Below are positions 1-12,459 of a DNA stretch of 45,031 nt, piece by piece. The translations under genes and the position numbers were made by a program. Every line of letters begins with the position of its first letter. Position 1 is the first letter of the stretch. Where the stretch lies: positions 89,597,620 through 89,642,650 of the forward strand of contig NC_057719.1 in NCBI RefSeq assembly GCF_004010195.1, read 5' to 3'. The notes under the pieces are model-generated. The model had not been told where the DNA came from, made no database searches, and saw only the letters and a list, made by a program, of their open reading frames with translations. Source of the DNA: Chiloscyllium plagiosum. Its lineage: Eukaryota.

Positions 1-200
1 GGTTCATATGTGGAATAACCTGCCAGAGAGTGGTAGTTGAAGTTCCAGTTAGAACACTTAAAAAACAAATTTGGACTGGTACACAAATAGGAAAGGTATA
101 CAGGGATATGGGCCAAATGAAAGCAAATGGGACTAGTTTAGTTTGGGAAATTTGGTCAGCATGGATAAATTGGACTGAAGACTACAGACTGTGGTATACA
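1..200 (+). mobile_element. CR1 LINE 3' end fragment
   Basis: Degenerate copy of the CR1 3' terminus seen elsewhere in the window (tggaataacctgccagagagtggtagttga... gggatatgggccaaatg). Confidence 0.7.
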
Positions 201-949
201 ACCCTAGGACATCATGGTCCCACAAACACCAGATAAGATACATAATTGAGTTGCTTTTCTGCTGACATTAGTTGTGAGGAGGATGGGGCATGTTGGCCAA
301 GGGAAACACTTCTTCAAACAACAACACTATCCATGTTAGATGCCCCAGAATGCTCAAGCTTCTCTCTCTACCGCAGCAAGCAAATGTAGCACCAAGCTAA
401 ATCTAAAAGTTGACCAATGTTCACTTGACAGTCAAATTAAAACAAATTTCTCTCACTATTTAACAACTTACCTCAATAATCCTCCCTTTCTATTAAAGGA
501 CCCGACTAAGACTCTGTGATGCGGTAAGGCTTTGAGTATCTCATTATCTATCTTTCCCATACTTGGCTATGTTACTGAGGAGGATTCACAGCTGAGCTGA
601 ATCCTGTTCCTCTTAGATTTCCACATGCAGGACCAGCAGAATGGGATGTGAGTAATACAAGGATTTAGAGGTTAATTATAATATCTCTACTCGCCTGCTT
701 CTCAGTAACTCAGCACAGAACAAATTAAAACGTACACATGTGCTGAAAAGTGAAGCACAGTAAACCAACTGAATACAAACATTATTCTGGAAAACTTAGT
801 CAATTCTCTTAATTTTCAGATGCAAACTTCTTAAGATGCAAAACCACTGACTTGAACCAAAGTAAAATGATTACAACACACAAGGAAATACAGCTTTATG
901 TTGTCAAATACTAAGAGGAGCTGGTTCACGAGTAATTTGTTGACTTTAC

Positions 950-1045
950 CTGTACTGAAGCATTTATCAGCTTGTGGATTGAAGCACCAGGCACAGGACC
1001 AGACCGTTGAACTCCTAAAGTTACACAGCATACTCAGGTGATCTG
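950..1045 (-). CDS. dcaf4: DCAF4 coding exon: (A)DHLSMLCNFRSSTVWSCAWCFNPQADKCFST(G)
   Basis: tctacag|cag|ATCAC...AGTACAG|gtaaag. 93 or 96 bp depending on the NAGNAG acceptor, phase 1/1. Matches recalled human MLCSFRIPGAWSCAWSLNIQANNCFSTG. Confidence 0.92.
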
Positions 1046-1834
1046 CTGTAGATGTCATAAAACAGCAGGTTGTATTATGATATTAAAAACATTCTATAGC
1101 TGATTTCTGTTCTAACTAGCAACGTGCAACGAATCGTCAAGGCTCCGATTCATTTGTAGCATTCTTAGCCAAAAGATAAACTTTGCTACGAAGGAAATGC
1201 AACAGGATCTGTATGAAAGCAGGTGAACTCTCTAAACCCTGTGGCAAATGAGTTATTTTTGATCATGATAAGGAAGGGTACAGCACAGATGTTGAGTAGT
1301 CTTGTTTGACAGAAAAGCACAAAACAAAACCATCTGCACCCCCGACCACCACCGTATGTCCGTAACTTAAAAATTATTTTCTCCGAGCAATCAAGCTCAG
1401 CATGGTACGAGGGTGTGCATATAGAAATCCATGATGTATGCTACGCAAGATCAAATAGTAGGTTGATTCAAATGGAATCAGCCAGTTGCTGGTGAGGCTT
1501 CCAAAATCACCACTACATTTAAAGCAGGGAAATCCAGTTATTTTTCCAGGAAACCCTGCAGCCTTCTTGAAGTGACCTTATTAATGACCTTTTTCAGAAA
1601 GGTGATTTGAGGCAATTAATTCGAAGGAACAGCAGTCAAGCATGTAGCTCAACAGGGGAATCACTAGCTTTGTAAGTGAACAGATCCTGCATTATATGGT
1701 TTAATATGACACTTATAAAGCAGGGTATCATATAACTTACTGTATGCAGTACTATAGGAGATATGTAGGAAAAAACTGGCCATATCATTTTATCATTTGA
1801 AATACATTCATCCTTATTTGCAGTCACCAAATTA

Positions 1835-4480
1835 GATTTCTATGAGTATAAAATGAGGAAGGTGGCAAAAGAGGGAGAGATCTGGCATTGTTAGTCAAGG
1901 ACAATATTACGGTGGTAGAAAGGACGTTTGATAAGGACTTGCTTACTGAGGTAGTATGGGCTGAGGTTAGAAACAGGAGAGGAGAGATAACCCTGTTGGG
2001 GGTTTTCTATAGGCCTCCAAACAGTTCCAGAGATATAGAGGAAAGGATTGTAGAGATGGATTCTGGATAGGAGTGAGAGTAACAGGGTTGTTGTTATGGG
2101 GAACTTTAACTTTCTAAACATTGACTGGAAACACTATAGTTTGAGTACTGTAGATGGGTCAGTTTTTGTCCAGTGCGTGCAGGAGGGTTTCCTGACACAG
2201 TATGTAGACAAGCCAACAAGGGGCGAGGCCACATTTGATTTTGTACCGGGTAATGAAACGGGCCAGGTGTTAGATTTGGAGCTAGGTGAGCACTTTGGTG
2301 ATAGTGACCACAATTCGGTTATATTTACTGTGGTAGGTATGTACCACAGGGCAAGAGTTATAGCTGGGGGAAAGACAATTATGATGCGATGAGGCAAGAC
2401 TTAGAATGCATAGGATGGGGAAGGAAACTGCAGGGGATCAGGCACAATTGAAACATGGAGCGAGAACAGCTACTGTGTGTCCTTGACGCATTATGTACTT
2501 GTCAGGCAGGGAGGAAGTGGTTGAGTGAGGGAGCCACGGTTTACTAAAGAAGTTGAATCTCTTGCCAAGAGGAAGAAGGCAGCTTATGTTAGGATGAGAC
2601 GTGAAGCTCAGTTAGGACGCTTGAGAGTTACAAGTTAGCCAGGAAAGACCTAAAGAGAGAGCTAAGAGAGAGCCAGGAGGGGACATGAGAAGTAGGATCA
2701 AGGAAAACCCTAAAGCTTTCTATCGGTATGTCAGGAATAAATGAATGACCATAGTAAGATTAGGGCCAATTAAGGATAGTAGTGTGAAGTTGTGCATGAA
2801 GTCTGAGGAGATAGGAGAGGCGCTAAATCAATATTTTTCGTCAGTATTTACACTGAAAAAAGACAATGTTGTCGAGGAGAATACAGAGATACAGGATATT
2901 AGACTAGACAGGATTGAGGTTCACAAGGAGGTGTTAGCAATTCTGGAAAGTGTGAAAATAGTTAAGTTCCCTGTGATTTCTCCTAGGAGTCTCTGAAAAG
3001 TTAGGGAGGAGATTGCAGAACCTTTGGCTTTGGTCTTTATGTCGGCATTATCCACAGGAATACTGCCAGAAGACTAGAGAACGACAAATGTTGTCCCCTT
3101 GTTCAAGAAGGGTAATAGAGACAATCCTGGCCATTATAGACCAGTGAGTCTTAATTCAGTAAAGTGTTGGAAAGGATTAAGAGTAAGGATTTATAATAAT
3201 CCAGAAAGAAATAATTTGATTAGGGATAGTCAAGACAGTTTGGTGAAGGGTAGGTTGTGCCTCACAAACCTTATTGAGTTCTTTGAGAAGGTGACCAAAC
3301 AGGTAGAGGAGGGTAAAGCGGTTGATGTGGTGTATTGGGATTTCAGTAAGGCGTTTGAGATAATGTTCCCCGCGGTAGGCTATTGCAGAAAACACAGGAG
3401 GCATGGGATTGAGGGTGATTGAGCTGTTTGGATCAGAGATTGGGTAGCTGAAAGAAGACTGAGGGTGGTGGTTGATGGGAAATGTTCATCCTGGAGTTCA
3501 GTTACTAGTGGAGCACCGAAGGATCCATTTTGGGGCCACTGCTGTTTGTCATTTTTGTAAGTGACCTGGATGAGGGCATAGAAAGATGGGTTAGTAAATT
3601 TGCGGATGACACGAAGGTCGATGGAGTTGTGGATAATGCAGAAGGAAGTTGCAGGTTACAGAGGGGCATAGATAAGCTGCAGAGCTGGGCTGAGAGAGAG
3701 CAAATAGAGTTTAATATGGAAAGGTGTGAGGTGATTCACTTTGGAAGGAGTAACAGGAATACAGAGTACTGGGCTAATGGCAAGATTCTTGGTAGTATAG
3801 ATGAGCAGAGAGATCTCAGTGTCCATGTACATAGATCCCTGAAAGTTGCCGTCCAGGTTGATAGGGTTGTTAAGGCCACGTACGGTGTGTTAGCTTTTAT
3901 TGGCAGAGAGATTCAATTTCTGAGGCATGAGGTCATGCTGCAGTTGTACAAAACTCTGGTGCAGCCTCACTTGGAGCATTGTGTACAGTTCTGGTTGCCG
4001 CATTATAGAAAGGATGTGACAGCATTGGAAAGGGTGCAGAGGACATTTACCAGGATGTTGCTTGGAATGGAAGGAAGGTCTTATGCGGAAAGGCTGACGG
4101 ACTTGAGGCTGTTTTTGTTAGAGAGAAGAAGGTTGAGAGGTGACTTAATTGAGACATACAAGATAATCAGAGGGTTAGATAGGGTGGACAGTGAGAGCCT
4201 TTTTCCTTGGATGGTGAGTGATAGCTTGAGGGGACATAGCTTTAAATTGAGAGGTGATAGATATAGGACAGATGTCAGAGGTAGTTTCTTTAGTCAGACA
4301 GTAGTAAGGGCATGGAACACCCTGCCTGCATCAGTAGTTGTGAACTTTATGGGCATTTAAATGGTCATTGGATAAACATTGGGATGAAAGTGGAATAGTG
4401 TTGGTTCGATAGACTTCAGATTAGTTTCACAGGTCGATGCAACCTGTGAAAGGGCCTGAGCTGTGCTGTAATGTTCTATG
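1835..4480 (+). mobile_element. 5'-truncated, frameshifted CR1 (HER1-like) LINE ORF2 (endonuclease + RT) with 3' UTR
   Basis: ORF pieces with GVFYRPP, GDSDHN, YRPVSL, DFSKAF, GPLLF and FADDTK. Ends in a tgttctatg tail. Confidence 0.92.
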
Positions 4481-5079
4481 ACAGGCAACTCAATTACTAG
4501 TGTTCTTCTTTACTAAGACATGACAACTTTAAGAGATATAATGAAGACGTTTTAGCAGATTATCTATTCTTGCTCTGAGACTCTCCTGGACTGAAAGATG
4601 GTTTAAAATATGCACAAGGAACAATATGCAAAGACTAGAAAAAAAAAGGAAAGGCTTAGAGAAATAAAACCAGTCATTTTCAATGACAGTACTGAAGAAA
4701 CACAAAAGTTAGAGATGGCACATACACTCAGGAAAATATCAGACCCTGTAGTAATGTGTAGATTTCATAGAAATGGTGCATGCTTTTAGTATAGGATAAG
4801 AACTACCAGGCTCTCTGACCAGATGTTTTGGTTTGGAGCAGCACTTGCAAGAAATTTTCAGTTAAAAGACTGCAGGCCCAAGCTGCCGGGGTCTTCCTTG
4901 TATTCAATTAAAAGACTGGAACATTGGGAGCTGCCGGTCTCGGACTACTAACCAGTTTTTTGTGCAAGCGACAGTCCACATGGAAAACTTACAACAATCA
5001 GCTGTAACATTTCACATCAGCATTTGTCAACAAACATACTTACATGACACCAGAAAACAACCCAAACTACTATATTAAC

Positions 5080-5254
5080 GATTTGGAGGTGGACTGGGGT
5101 GAACAAAGTCAAAACTCACAACACCAGGTTATAGTCCAACAGGTTTGTTTGGAAGCACTGGCTTTCAGAGTGCTGCTCCTTCATCAGGAGCAACCACCTA
5201 GTGCTTCCAAATAAACCTGCTGGACTATAACCTGGTGTTGTGAGATTTTTAACT
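5080..5254. mobile_element. Penelope-like pLTR-derived fold-back element (second family) with a degenerate hammerhead core
   Basis: Inverted arms tcacaacaccaggttatagtcca / tggactataacctggtgttgtga. 12-bp flanking direct repeat tactatattaac at 5068-5079 and 5255-5266. Minus strand reads CTGATGA-aggagcagcactct-GAAA. Confidence 0.65.
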
Positions 5255-5629
5255 TACTATATTAACAAATGATTGCAGCATCAAAATGGAGCTCTTTCTG
5301 GTTTGTACCCATTTCAGCAATTCTGATGGTGCAGGCACACTCATATTGATTTACTTCCACATCCTTGTTTCCTTTATTGTTTCATGGGATGTGGATGTCA
5401 CTGAGAAAGCCAGCATTTTTTGACCATTCCTAGTTGTCCTTGAACTGAATGTCTTGCTAAGCTATTCCATATGACCTTATTCTAGAAAGTACGTTACATA
5501 TTAAACTGGCAAACTGGCTGAATTAAGTTTCTCCCCCAACTCATGTCGTGATATATGTCTCTACACTGGTATCACAACCTCCAGGGACATTATATTCGAT
5601 TTATACACTGCTATGCAGGCATTTGTTCA

Positions 5630-5860
5630 CTAACTGGGGAGAAGGTACAGAAGCCTGAACACACGCACCAGCCGGTTTTCAAACAGTTTTTACCTTAATG
5701 TTGCTAGAATACTGAATGGAGTCACAAACACTTAACATTCGCCTGTACCTGTGTTGTTGTTTTTACCGCTGTTACCTATTATTTACGTATCTATGCTATT
5801 TAACTCTGTGATCTGCCTGTCTTGCTCGCAAGACAAAGCGTTTCACAGTACCTCGGTACA
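5630..5860 (+). mobile_element. Rex1/Babar-like LINE 3' end fragment
   Basis: Encodes RRYRSLNTRTSRFSNSFY, resembling the Rex1 C-terminal motif, followed by a typical 3' UTR ending aaagcgtttcacagtacctcggtaca. Confidence 0.55.
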
Positions 5861-5861
5861 G

Positions 5862-5982
5862 GTCCGATCCGGTTCATGTAGAGGTACAGCTACAGGGCCC
5901 AGTCCGACCCAGCCCGCTCCGGTCCAGTCCAGTCCAGTCCAATCTATTCTAGTCCAGTCCAGTCCAATCCAATCCAGTCCAA
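5862..5982. repeat. Degenerate (GTCCA)n pentanucleotide microsatellite
   Basis: gtccagtccagtccagtccaatct...gtccagtccagtccaatccaatccagtcca seen directly. Confidence 0.9.
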
Positions 5983-6430
5983 GGCTACTTGCTACTACAC
6001 TCCCATATACATTCCATTCAAATCTGTTGTTTTGTTGCTGGTTTTTCAGTTGATATTTCAATATTAGGAAGCTAGACTGGAAACCTGAACCATAAATTTC
6101 AGCTTTACCAACAAATAGATACACACGCAGATCCCATCAATCAAGCTCCAATAAACAGCAAATATAATTCTGTGGAGGCAGCATTATCCAATGCTTTGGT
6201 TCAAACGGTGAATCAAAATTAATTTCAAAATGTCTTCAGAGGAAGTCAAACTACAGTATGACGCTGGTTTGATAGATTATGACACTTGTCACACATCCTC
6301 TTATTCAGACAGTGTGCAGTCCACCCAAATTAAAAAAAAAGGTGGAGAATAAGTTGTCGAGAAATACAGTTTTCATAAAAATCCAAACTTTATGATATTA
6401 ACAATAGATAAATACCGATACAATCCCTAC

Positions 6431-6510
6431 CAGGATTTGAGTCACTGAAGATTGAAGTTGGAAGTAGGCTAATACATCCCGGTACGTCCGCATTGCCAGA
6501 AAGGCAAAGC
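6431..6510 (-). CDS. dcaf4: DCAF4 coding exon: LCLSGNADVPGCISLLPTSIFSDSNP
   Basis: ttccttaaactataccatgctag|GCTTTGC...AATCCTG|gtaggg. 80 bp, phase 2/1, in frame with both neighbouring exons. Matches recalled human LCLMGLAETPGCATLLPASLFVNSHP. Confidence 0.92.
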
Positions 6511-7289
6511 CTAGCATGGTATAGTTTAAGGAAAATTATATATCAATGAACACAAGAGGTTCTATTTACCAATGGAATAACGTAGACTATTAATTTTCAA
6601 TTTATCACTCTCCACAATACTGCTTTCCTTCTGGCTATCATCATTTCATATTCATGAACACAAAGATAGTCAGCTGACATCAGCAGGCCTTTCCTCAAGG
6701 AGCTAATTTTCTTCAGTGAAGGAATGCTTTTATCTGGGTAGACCTCAATAAGTGACTGGTTGGACCATGTTACGACCAAGGGTAGATGTCCCTGTAAACA
6801 TTATCTCCTTTAACCTCAACAAACATTTTTCAATAAGAAGCATAGGAACAGGAGTAGGCCATTCAGTCCGATAACTGTCTCTACCAATGGCTGATCAAAT
6901 GCTTCAATAATTTTACCCAATCCCCATAATCAGCAATCAATTGCCTTCTCTAAATATAGAAGGCTGAGATTCCACAGCCCTCTGGAGTAGAGAATTTCAG
7001 TCCCACAGGAATTCAATAGCAATAATGCTTTCCAGATAACCAAAGAAATGCTAAGAGTGAGGTTGTTCAGCGTATCTCCTATCAGCTGTGCTCTATCCAA
7101 AGGCAGGTTCTTGCCTCAGTTTCTACCCTCTGGCAATTCCAATAATTTCTTTTCATTTTCAAATCATAGAACATTCATTTCCTTTATGGTTTTCCTTGAA
7201 ATTTCCCTCCATGATATCTCATGCCAGGCCATTTCTTCTTAATATGTGCCCTGCACAGTTAGTGCCTTTTCCCAATAGCAATCAGTCGG

Positions 7290-10200
7290 AGCAGAATGGG
7301 GAGAGGAGACGAGCACAGCAGACTGGGAGTATGAACGGCAGTTGTGAGGTTTCCTGATAAAAACCTGAGGGGCGAGGCCCAGATCAAGCTCGGTTAGAGC
7401 AGAAGCGGGAGAGCAGCAGAATCCCACTGAATCCCAGACCTCCTGAGGAGGATGTCAGGGTTCAAAAATGTGATGCAGGGTAAGTGGAAGCAGCTAACTG
7501 GGTGATTACGGTTGGATTAAAAATTAAATCCAATGGGTCTGTGAGCCTATTCACTGGGCAGCAGAAGTTTCGGACCGTGAGCCTGTGAGACAGCAGCATG
7601 TTGAGAGATAAAAATAAAGTTTAAAAGTTTTTTTTAAACATCATTCTGATCATGCTGACTGGCCACTTGGGATCCAGCTTTAGGTACCAAGAGGGTTATA
7701 TCTAAGGTTTATTTTTGTAGTTTGTTAGAAAGAGAGAGAGACAGAGACAGAGAGAGAGAGAAAAAGAAAGAGAGAAAAGATCTGCTGAGTATTGGAAGGG
7801 TTGAGTAACTGGCTTCTAGTTTATTGTTTGGATTGGTAATTGATAAAGTTCACACTAGCAGGACTTGGCCCTATGGAATGCACCTCCTGTAATCTGTGGA
7901 AAATCAGGGATACTTCCAGTGACCAAAGAGGCAGAAAGTGTGTTCAGCTCTTGGTTTGCTGCATGAAGCTGCAGATGGACTCACTATGGAGCATACATAA
8001 CAGAACAGAAAATATTAACTTATTATCACTAGTACTTTTACAAAAACATACAATATAAAGTGTTCTAAGTCACCATATCCGGCACCAATTCAGAATGCCA
8101 TGGATAGCAGATTTAGCAAGCTGGTCACATCAGCAGCAAGGGCTACACAGACAGAAAATAGTTGAGTGACTGCCAGGAAAGACAAGTAGCCGGGGCAGAT
8201 AGTGCAAGAGTTCCTTGTGATTATCCCCCTTTCAACCAACATTTAATACTGTTTGGTGGAGGCGGAGGGAAAGCAGTAACAGCTTGGTTTGTAGCACCAC
8301 AGTTTGCTTCATTGAACAACTGGGGAGGAAAATGAATGGAAGAGCTCTACTACAGGGGACTCGAGTGTAAGGGGAACCGACAGGGGGTGCTGTGGCAGCA
8401 AATGAGACTCTTGAATGGAGTTTTGAAGAAAGGTTATTGAATACGAAACATTAACTGATTTCTCTCCTCAGTTCCTACCAGACCTGCTGAGTTTCTCGAG
8501 CTAATTCTGTTTTTATTTCAGATTTCCAGCATTCGCATTTTTGTTCTTAAATGTGCGTTTCGTCCAGGGTCAGGGATGTCTCAGAGTGGCTGCAGAGCAC
8601 TCTGATGGGGTAGGATGAACAGCCAGCAGTCGTGTTACATGTTGGTACCAACAACATAGGTTCAGAAAAATAATGAGGTCCTGCAGCACAAATTTAGAGA
8701 GTTAAATAGTACATTAAAGACGACTGCTAAGGATGTAATCGCTGGATTACTTTCAGTGACACATGCCACTGACTCCATGACAGGAAGATCGATCTGAAGA
8801 ATATATAACTAAAAGGATGATGTAGGAGGGAGAGCTTTAGATTTTTGGACCATTGGGACAGTTTCTGGGTTACACAGGATCCATACAAGCTGCACCTGAA
8901 CCAGAATTGACCAGTATCCTTACTGGCAGGTTTGCTGATAGAATTGGGTCAGTTTTAAAGTAATTGCTCCAGACTTTGCAACTACTCACCACCACCACCA
9001 CTGCCAATACTGCCACCACCACTACCATCGTCAGGAGCAAAGTTCAATCGGACACAGAAGGAATACTATGATAGTCCAGGAGGTACAGGATACATTGGTA
9101 TGATAAGGCACGAGGGAGGTCTGGGAAACAAAACTGCCTCTATTTTAATGCACAGAGCCTAACTAGTAAGGTGTTGTTCAGCATGTGGAAATATGACATT
9201 GTTGCAATTGCTGAGTTGAAGAGCAGGACTAGCTGCTCAAAATTCCAAGGTACAGAAGTTTTAAGGCTTGATTTTGATGGAAAGGATGTAAGAGAAGTGG
9301 GGCATTGTATCATTGATAAAGGAGACTACCACTGCAGTAATGAGGGAGGATATCTTAAAAAGCTCTTCAAATGAGGTGTCTGATTAGAGAGCAGAAACAA
9401 AAAAAAATTATTTGGCTGGGAATATACTAAACATCTCCCAATAGCCAGAGGGGGATACAGGAGCATATATATGTAGGCAAATCACAAAAGGTACGAGAGG
9501 AGTAGGATTACAATAACACTGGTAACGTTAACTGGGATTGCCTTAGTGTGAAAGCATTAGATAGGGTAAAACTTAAAGTGCACCCAAGAGAGCTTTTAAT
9601 GCCAGTATGTAGACAGTCCAATTAGAGCTGGGGCAGAGCTAGATCTAATCCTAAGGAATGAAGCCAGTCAAGTGGTTGAAGCGTCAGTGGGTGTGCATTT
9701 TGCAGATAGTAATTGCAAAGTCATTATGGAATGGGTTAAAGATAGTGCAGAAGTTGTGTCTAAACTTGTGGAAGCTAATTTCAAGATCATTAGACAGGAT
9801 CTGGCAAATATGGACTGTGAGCAGTTACTTGCGAACAGCTACATTTGGAAAGTGAGAGTCTTTTAAAAGTAATAGAGAATGAGTTCAGGGCTGAAAATGT
9901 GTTGCTGGAAAAGCGCAGCAGGTGAGACAGCATCCAAGGAACAGGAGAATCGACGTTTCGGGCATAAGCCCTTCTCCTGAAGAAGGGCTTATGCCCGAAA
10001 CGTCGATTCTCCTGTTCCTTGGATGCTGCCTGACCTGCTGCACTTTTCCAGCAACACATTTTCAGCTCTGATCTCCAGCATCTGCAGCCCTCACTTTCTC
10101 CTCGAAGAATGAGTTCAGGGCCAGCATGTTTCTCTAAGAGTGAAGGGCAGAGGCAGCAAGTCTAGCAAACTCTGGATGTCAAGGGATACCACAAGTTTGA

Positions 10201-11120
10201 TAAGGAAAAAGTGCATTACAAACAGATGAGGCCTTTCAGAAGTATAGTGCATGCAGTGAGGTGCTTAGAAAAGAACTTAGATGGGCAACAAAGGGGCCAT
10301 GAAATATCTTAGGATAGGTGGTGCTGTTGATGGTGAGAAAGATGGTCTAGTCTGATATTGACCAGCTGGTAAATTGGGCAAATGGGCAATGGCAAATGGA
10401 ATTTAATTCTGATGCATTTTGAGAAGTCCAACAAGGGAAGGATATACACAATGTATGGTAAGTGCATAGGAAGTACTGAGGAATAAAGGGACTTTGGTGT
10501 ACAAATTCATAGGTGTTAACACAGGTGCACAAAATAGTGAAAAAGGTCTTAATAAAGAAGGGCAGAGATATCGTAACAAGGAACGCATTACTACTTTATG
10601 AAACATTGTTTAGGTCACAGGTGGAATCCTGCCATTCTGATTGCCACACCTTCGGAAGGATGTGATTGCACTGGAGAGGAGTTAAAGGAGGTTCACAAGG
10701 ATGTTGCCTGGGATGGGAAGTCTCAGTTATGGGGAGAGACAGGATAGGCTGGATTTGTTTTCCCTGGAGCAGAGGATGCTGAGACAGGAAATCTGATTGA
10801 GTACACAAATTATGAGAGGTATAGATAGGGTAGATCATGAGATTCTTTTGCCCATTGAAGATGTGTCTAAGACCAAACAGCACCAGTTTAAGGTGAGGAG
10901 ATAGTTTACAGAGGATCTGAGGAAACATTTTTTTCATCTTAAGGGTGGTAGAAATATGGAACCCACTGCCTGAGGGGGTAGGGGAGGCAGTTACGTGTTT
11001 AACAATTAGCAGCAACTGGGCAATCATACTCTACACGAATGGAATAAGTGTAGTTTGGTGTTTGTTGGTTGGCATAGACAAGGTGGGCTAAAGGGCCTAT
11101 TTCTATGATGTATGACTCTA
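7290..11120 (+). mobile_element. Old, heavily degraded near full-length CR1 LINE (5' UTR, ORF1 zinc finger/esterase, ORF2 with deletions, 3' UTR)
   Basis: MECTSCNLWKI (ORF1 zinc finger) ~7873, VVLHVGTNNIG (esterase) ~8630, CLYFNAQSL (ORF2 start) ~9136, C-terminal RT remnants 10330-10990, ctatgactctatga-like tail ~11110. Contains (AG)n at 7730-7776. Confidence 0.75.
9890..10105. mobile_element. Penelope-like pLTR fold-back insertion with a minimal hammerhead ribozyme core
   Basis: ~86-bp inverted arms. 16-bp direct repeat agaatgagttcagggc at 9876-9891 and 10106-10121. Plus strand reads CTGAAGA-aGGGC-ttat-GCCC-GAAA-CGTC at 9977-10004. Confidence 0.75.
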
Positions 11121-11494
11121 TGACACTACTATCAGTACATTTTTTTACACATTCACTCTCCTCAGCATTTCTTACTCTTTCTGCCCAGACAATCCTTTCC
11201 ATTCTCTTCCCAACATACATTTTAAAAGCTATTTGGCAAATTGGTCTTCTCTTTCTGTAATATCCAAGTTCTGACATGTACTCAAAACAACACTCAAATC
11301 ATTCCCCGACATCAAGCTCTCTACAAGCTGCATTTTGTTATTTATTCAGCCTGCTAGTTAGCAACTTTCCCTTTCTCTGACACATTGCTAGCCTCACATT
11401 TGTTTGCTTGTAGCAAATTTAAGGTGTGGGCATCATGCTACCAAAAATACTTAAACCTGTTCTAGTTTTTCTCCTTATGCAAATATTTTTGTTT

Positions 11495-11846
11495 ATAGAA
11501 TTTCCAGACTGTGGAAACAGGCCATTCGGCCCTACAAGTCCACACCAACTCTCTGAACCACATCCCAACCAGACCCATCCCAATATGGTATTCCAGTAAC
11601 CTTGCATTTCCCATGGCTAATGCACTGAATCTCCACATCCACATCAGAACTCTATGGGTACTTAGAATGGCCAATCCACCTAACTTGCATATTTTTGGAC
11701 TGTGGAAGGAAACCAGAACACCCAGCAGAAACCCATGCAGACACGGGGAGAACATGCAAATTCCACACAGACAGTCGCCCGAGGCTGGAATTGATCCTGG
11801 CTCCCTGGTGTAATGAGGCAGCAGCGCTAACCACTGGGCCACCCGT
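11495..11846 (-). mobile_element. HE1-like tRNA-derived V-SINE
   Basis: Minus strand has A/B-box head ggtggcccagtggttagcgctgctgcctca..., V-domain tgtgtggaatttgcatgttctccccgtgtctgc, and CR1-derived tail ggcctgtttccacagtc. Confidence 0.85.
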
Positions 11847-12459
11847 GGTTTTGAGATATGCATCACTTTGGTTTGTCAATGTTCACCTTCATTTGACTTT
11901 CACTTTCATGCATGCTGTTACTGGAGTAGTATCTGTTACAATTTCTTCTCTGCTTGCTACAGTTGGAGGGATATGGGAAAAACTCAGGCAAATGGGAAAT
12001 TTGGTTTTGGAAACTGCTCAGCATGGACAAGTTGGATCAAAGGGTCTGTTTATGTGCTGTATGACACTATATATGACTGTGCTTTATCATTTGCTAATGC
12101 AACTGATGTTATATTCAAACTCCCTCTCTCAATGTTAACAATAGATCCTGTATTCCTAAACATTTCTTTAATCAGTGCTTCTGTTCGGACATTGAAGAGG
12201 GTAAGTGATAAACCGTAACCTTGCAGTTATGGTTCAGACTCCCCATTGGCTTCTGTCACTGCCTTTTCCATGTACAGGTTTCTTATAAAGTTATTTATCT
12301 TTCCAGTTCACTCTGGCTGTTAGCACTGTGAAGAGCTTAATCTAGGTAACCCAATTAAGCACTTTCCCAAAATCTACAAAACAAATAATGCCTGTCCAAA
12401 TGCTAAACTGAGTTCACTCAATTATTCTTATAATACTGAGAGCTTCTTTCATTCCCCTT

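Noticed and set aside
466..640. Next downstream DCAF4 exon ending at the gtaagt donor near 471
   Set aside because: No frame resembles the expected LSRRVLLTNVVTGHRQ peptide. That exon probably lies beyond the window start.
9790..10059. Recurrent MCCWKSAAGQAAS...ENRRFGHKPFF ORFs (also at 40935, 40998 and 44557) as a small gene family
   Set aside because: They are chance translations of the Penelope pLTR palindrome, present on both strands.
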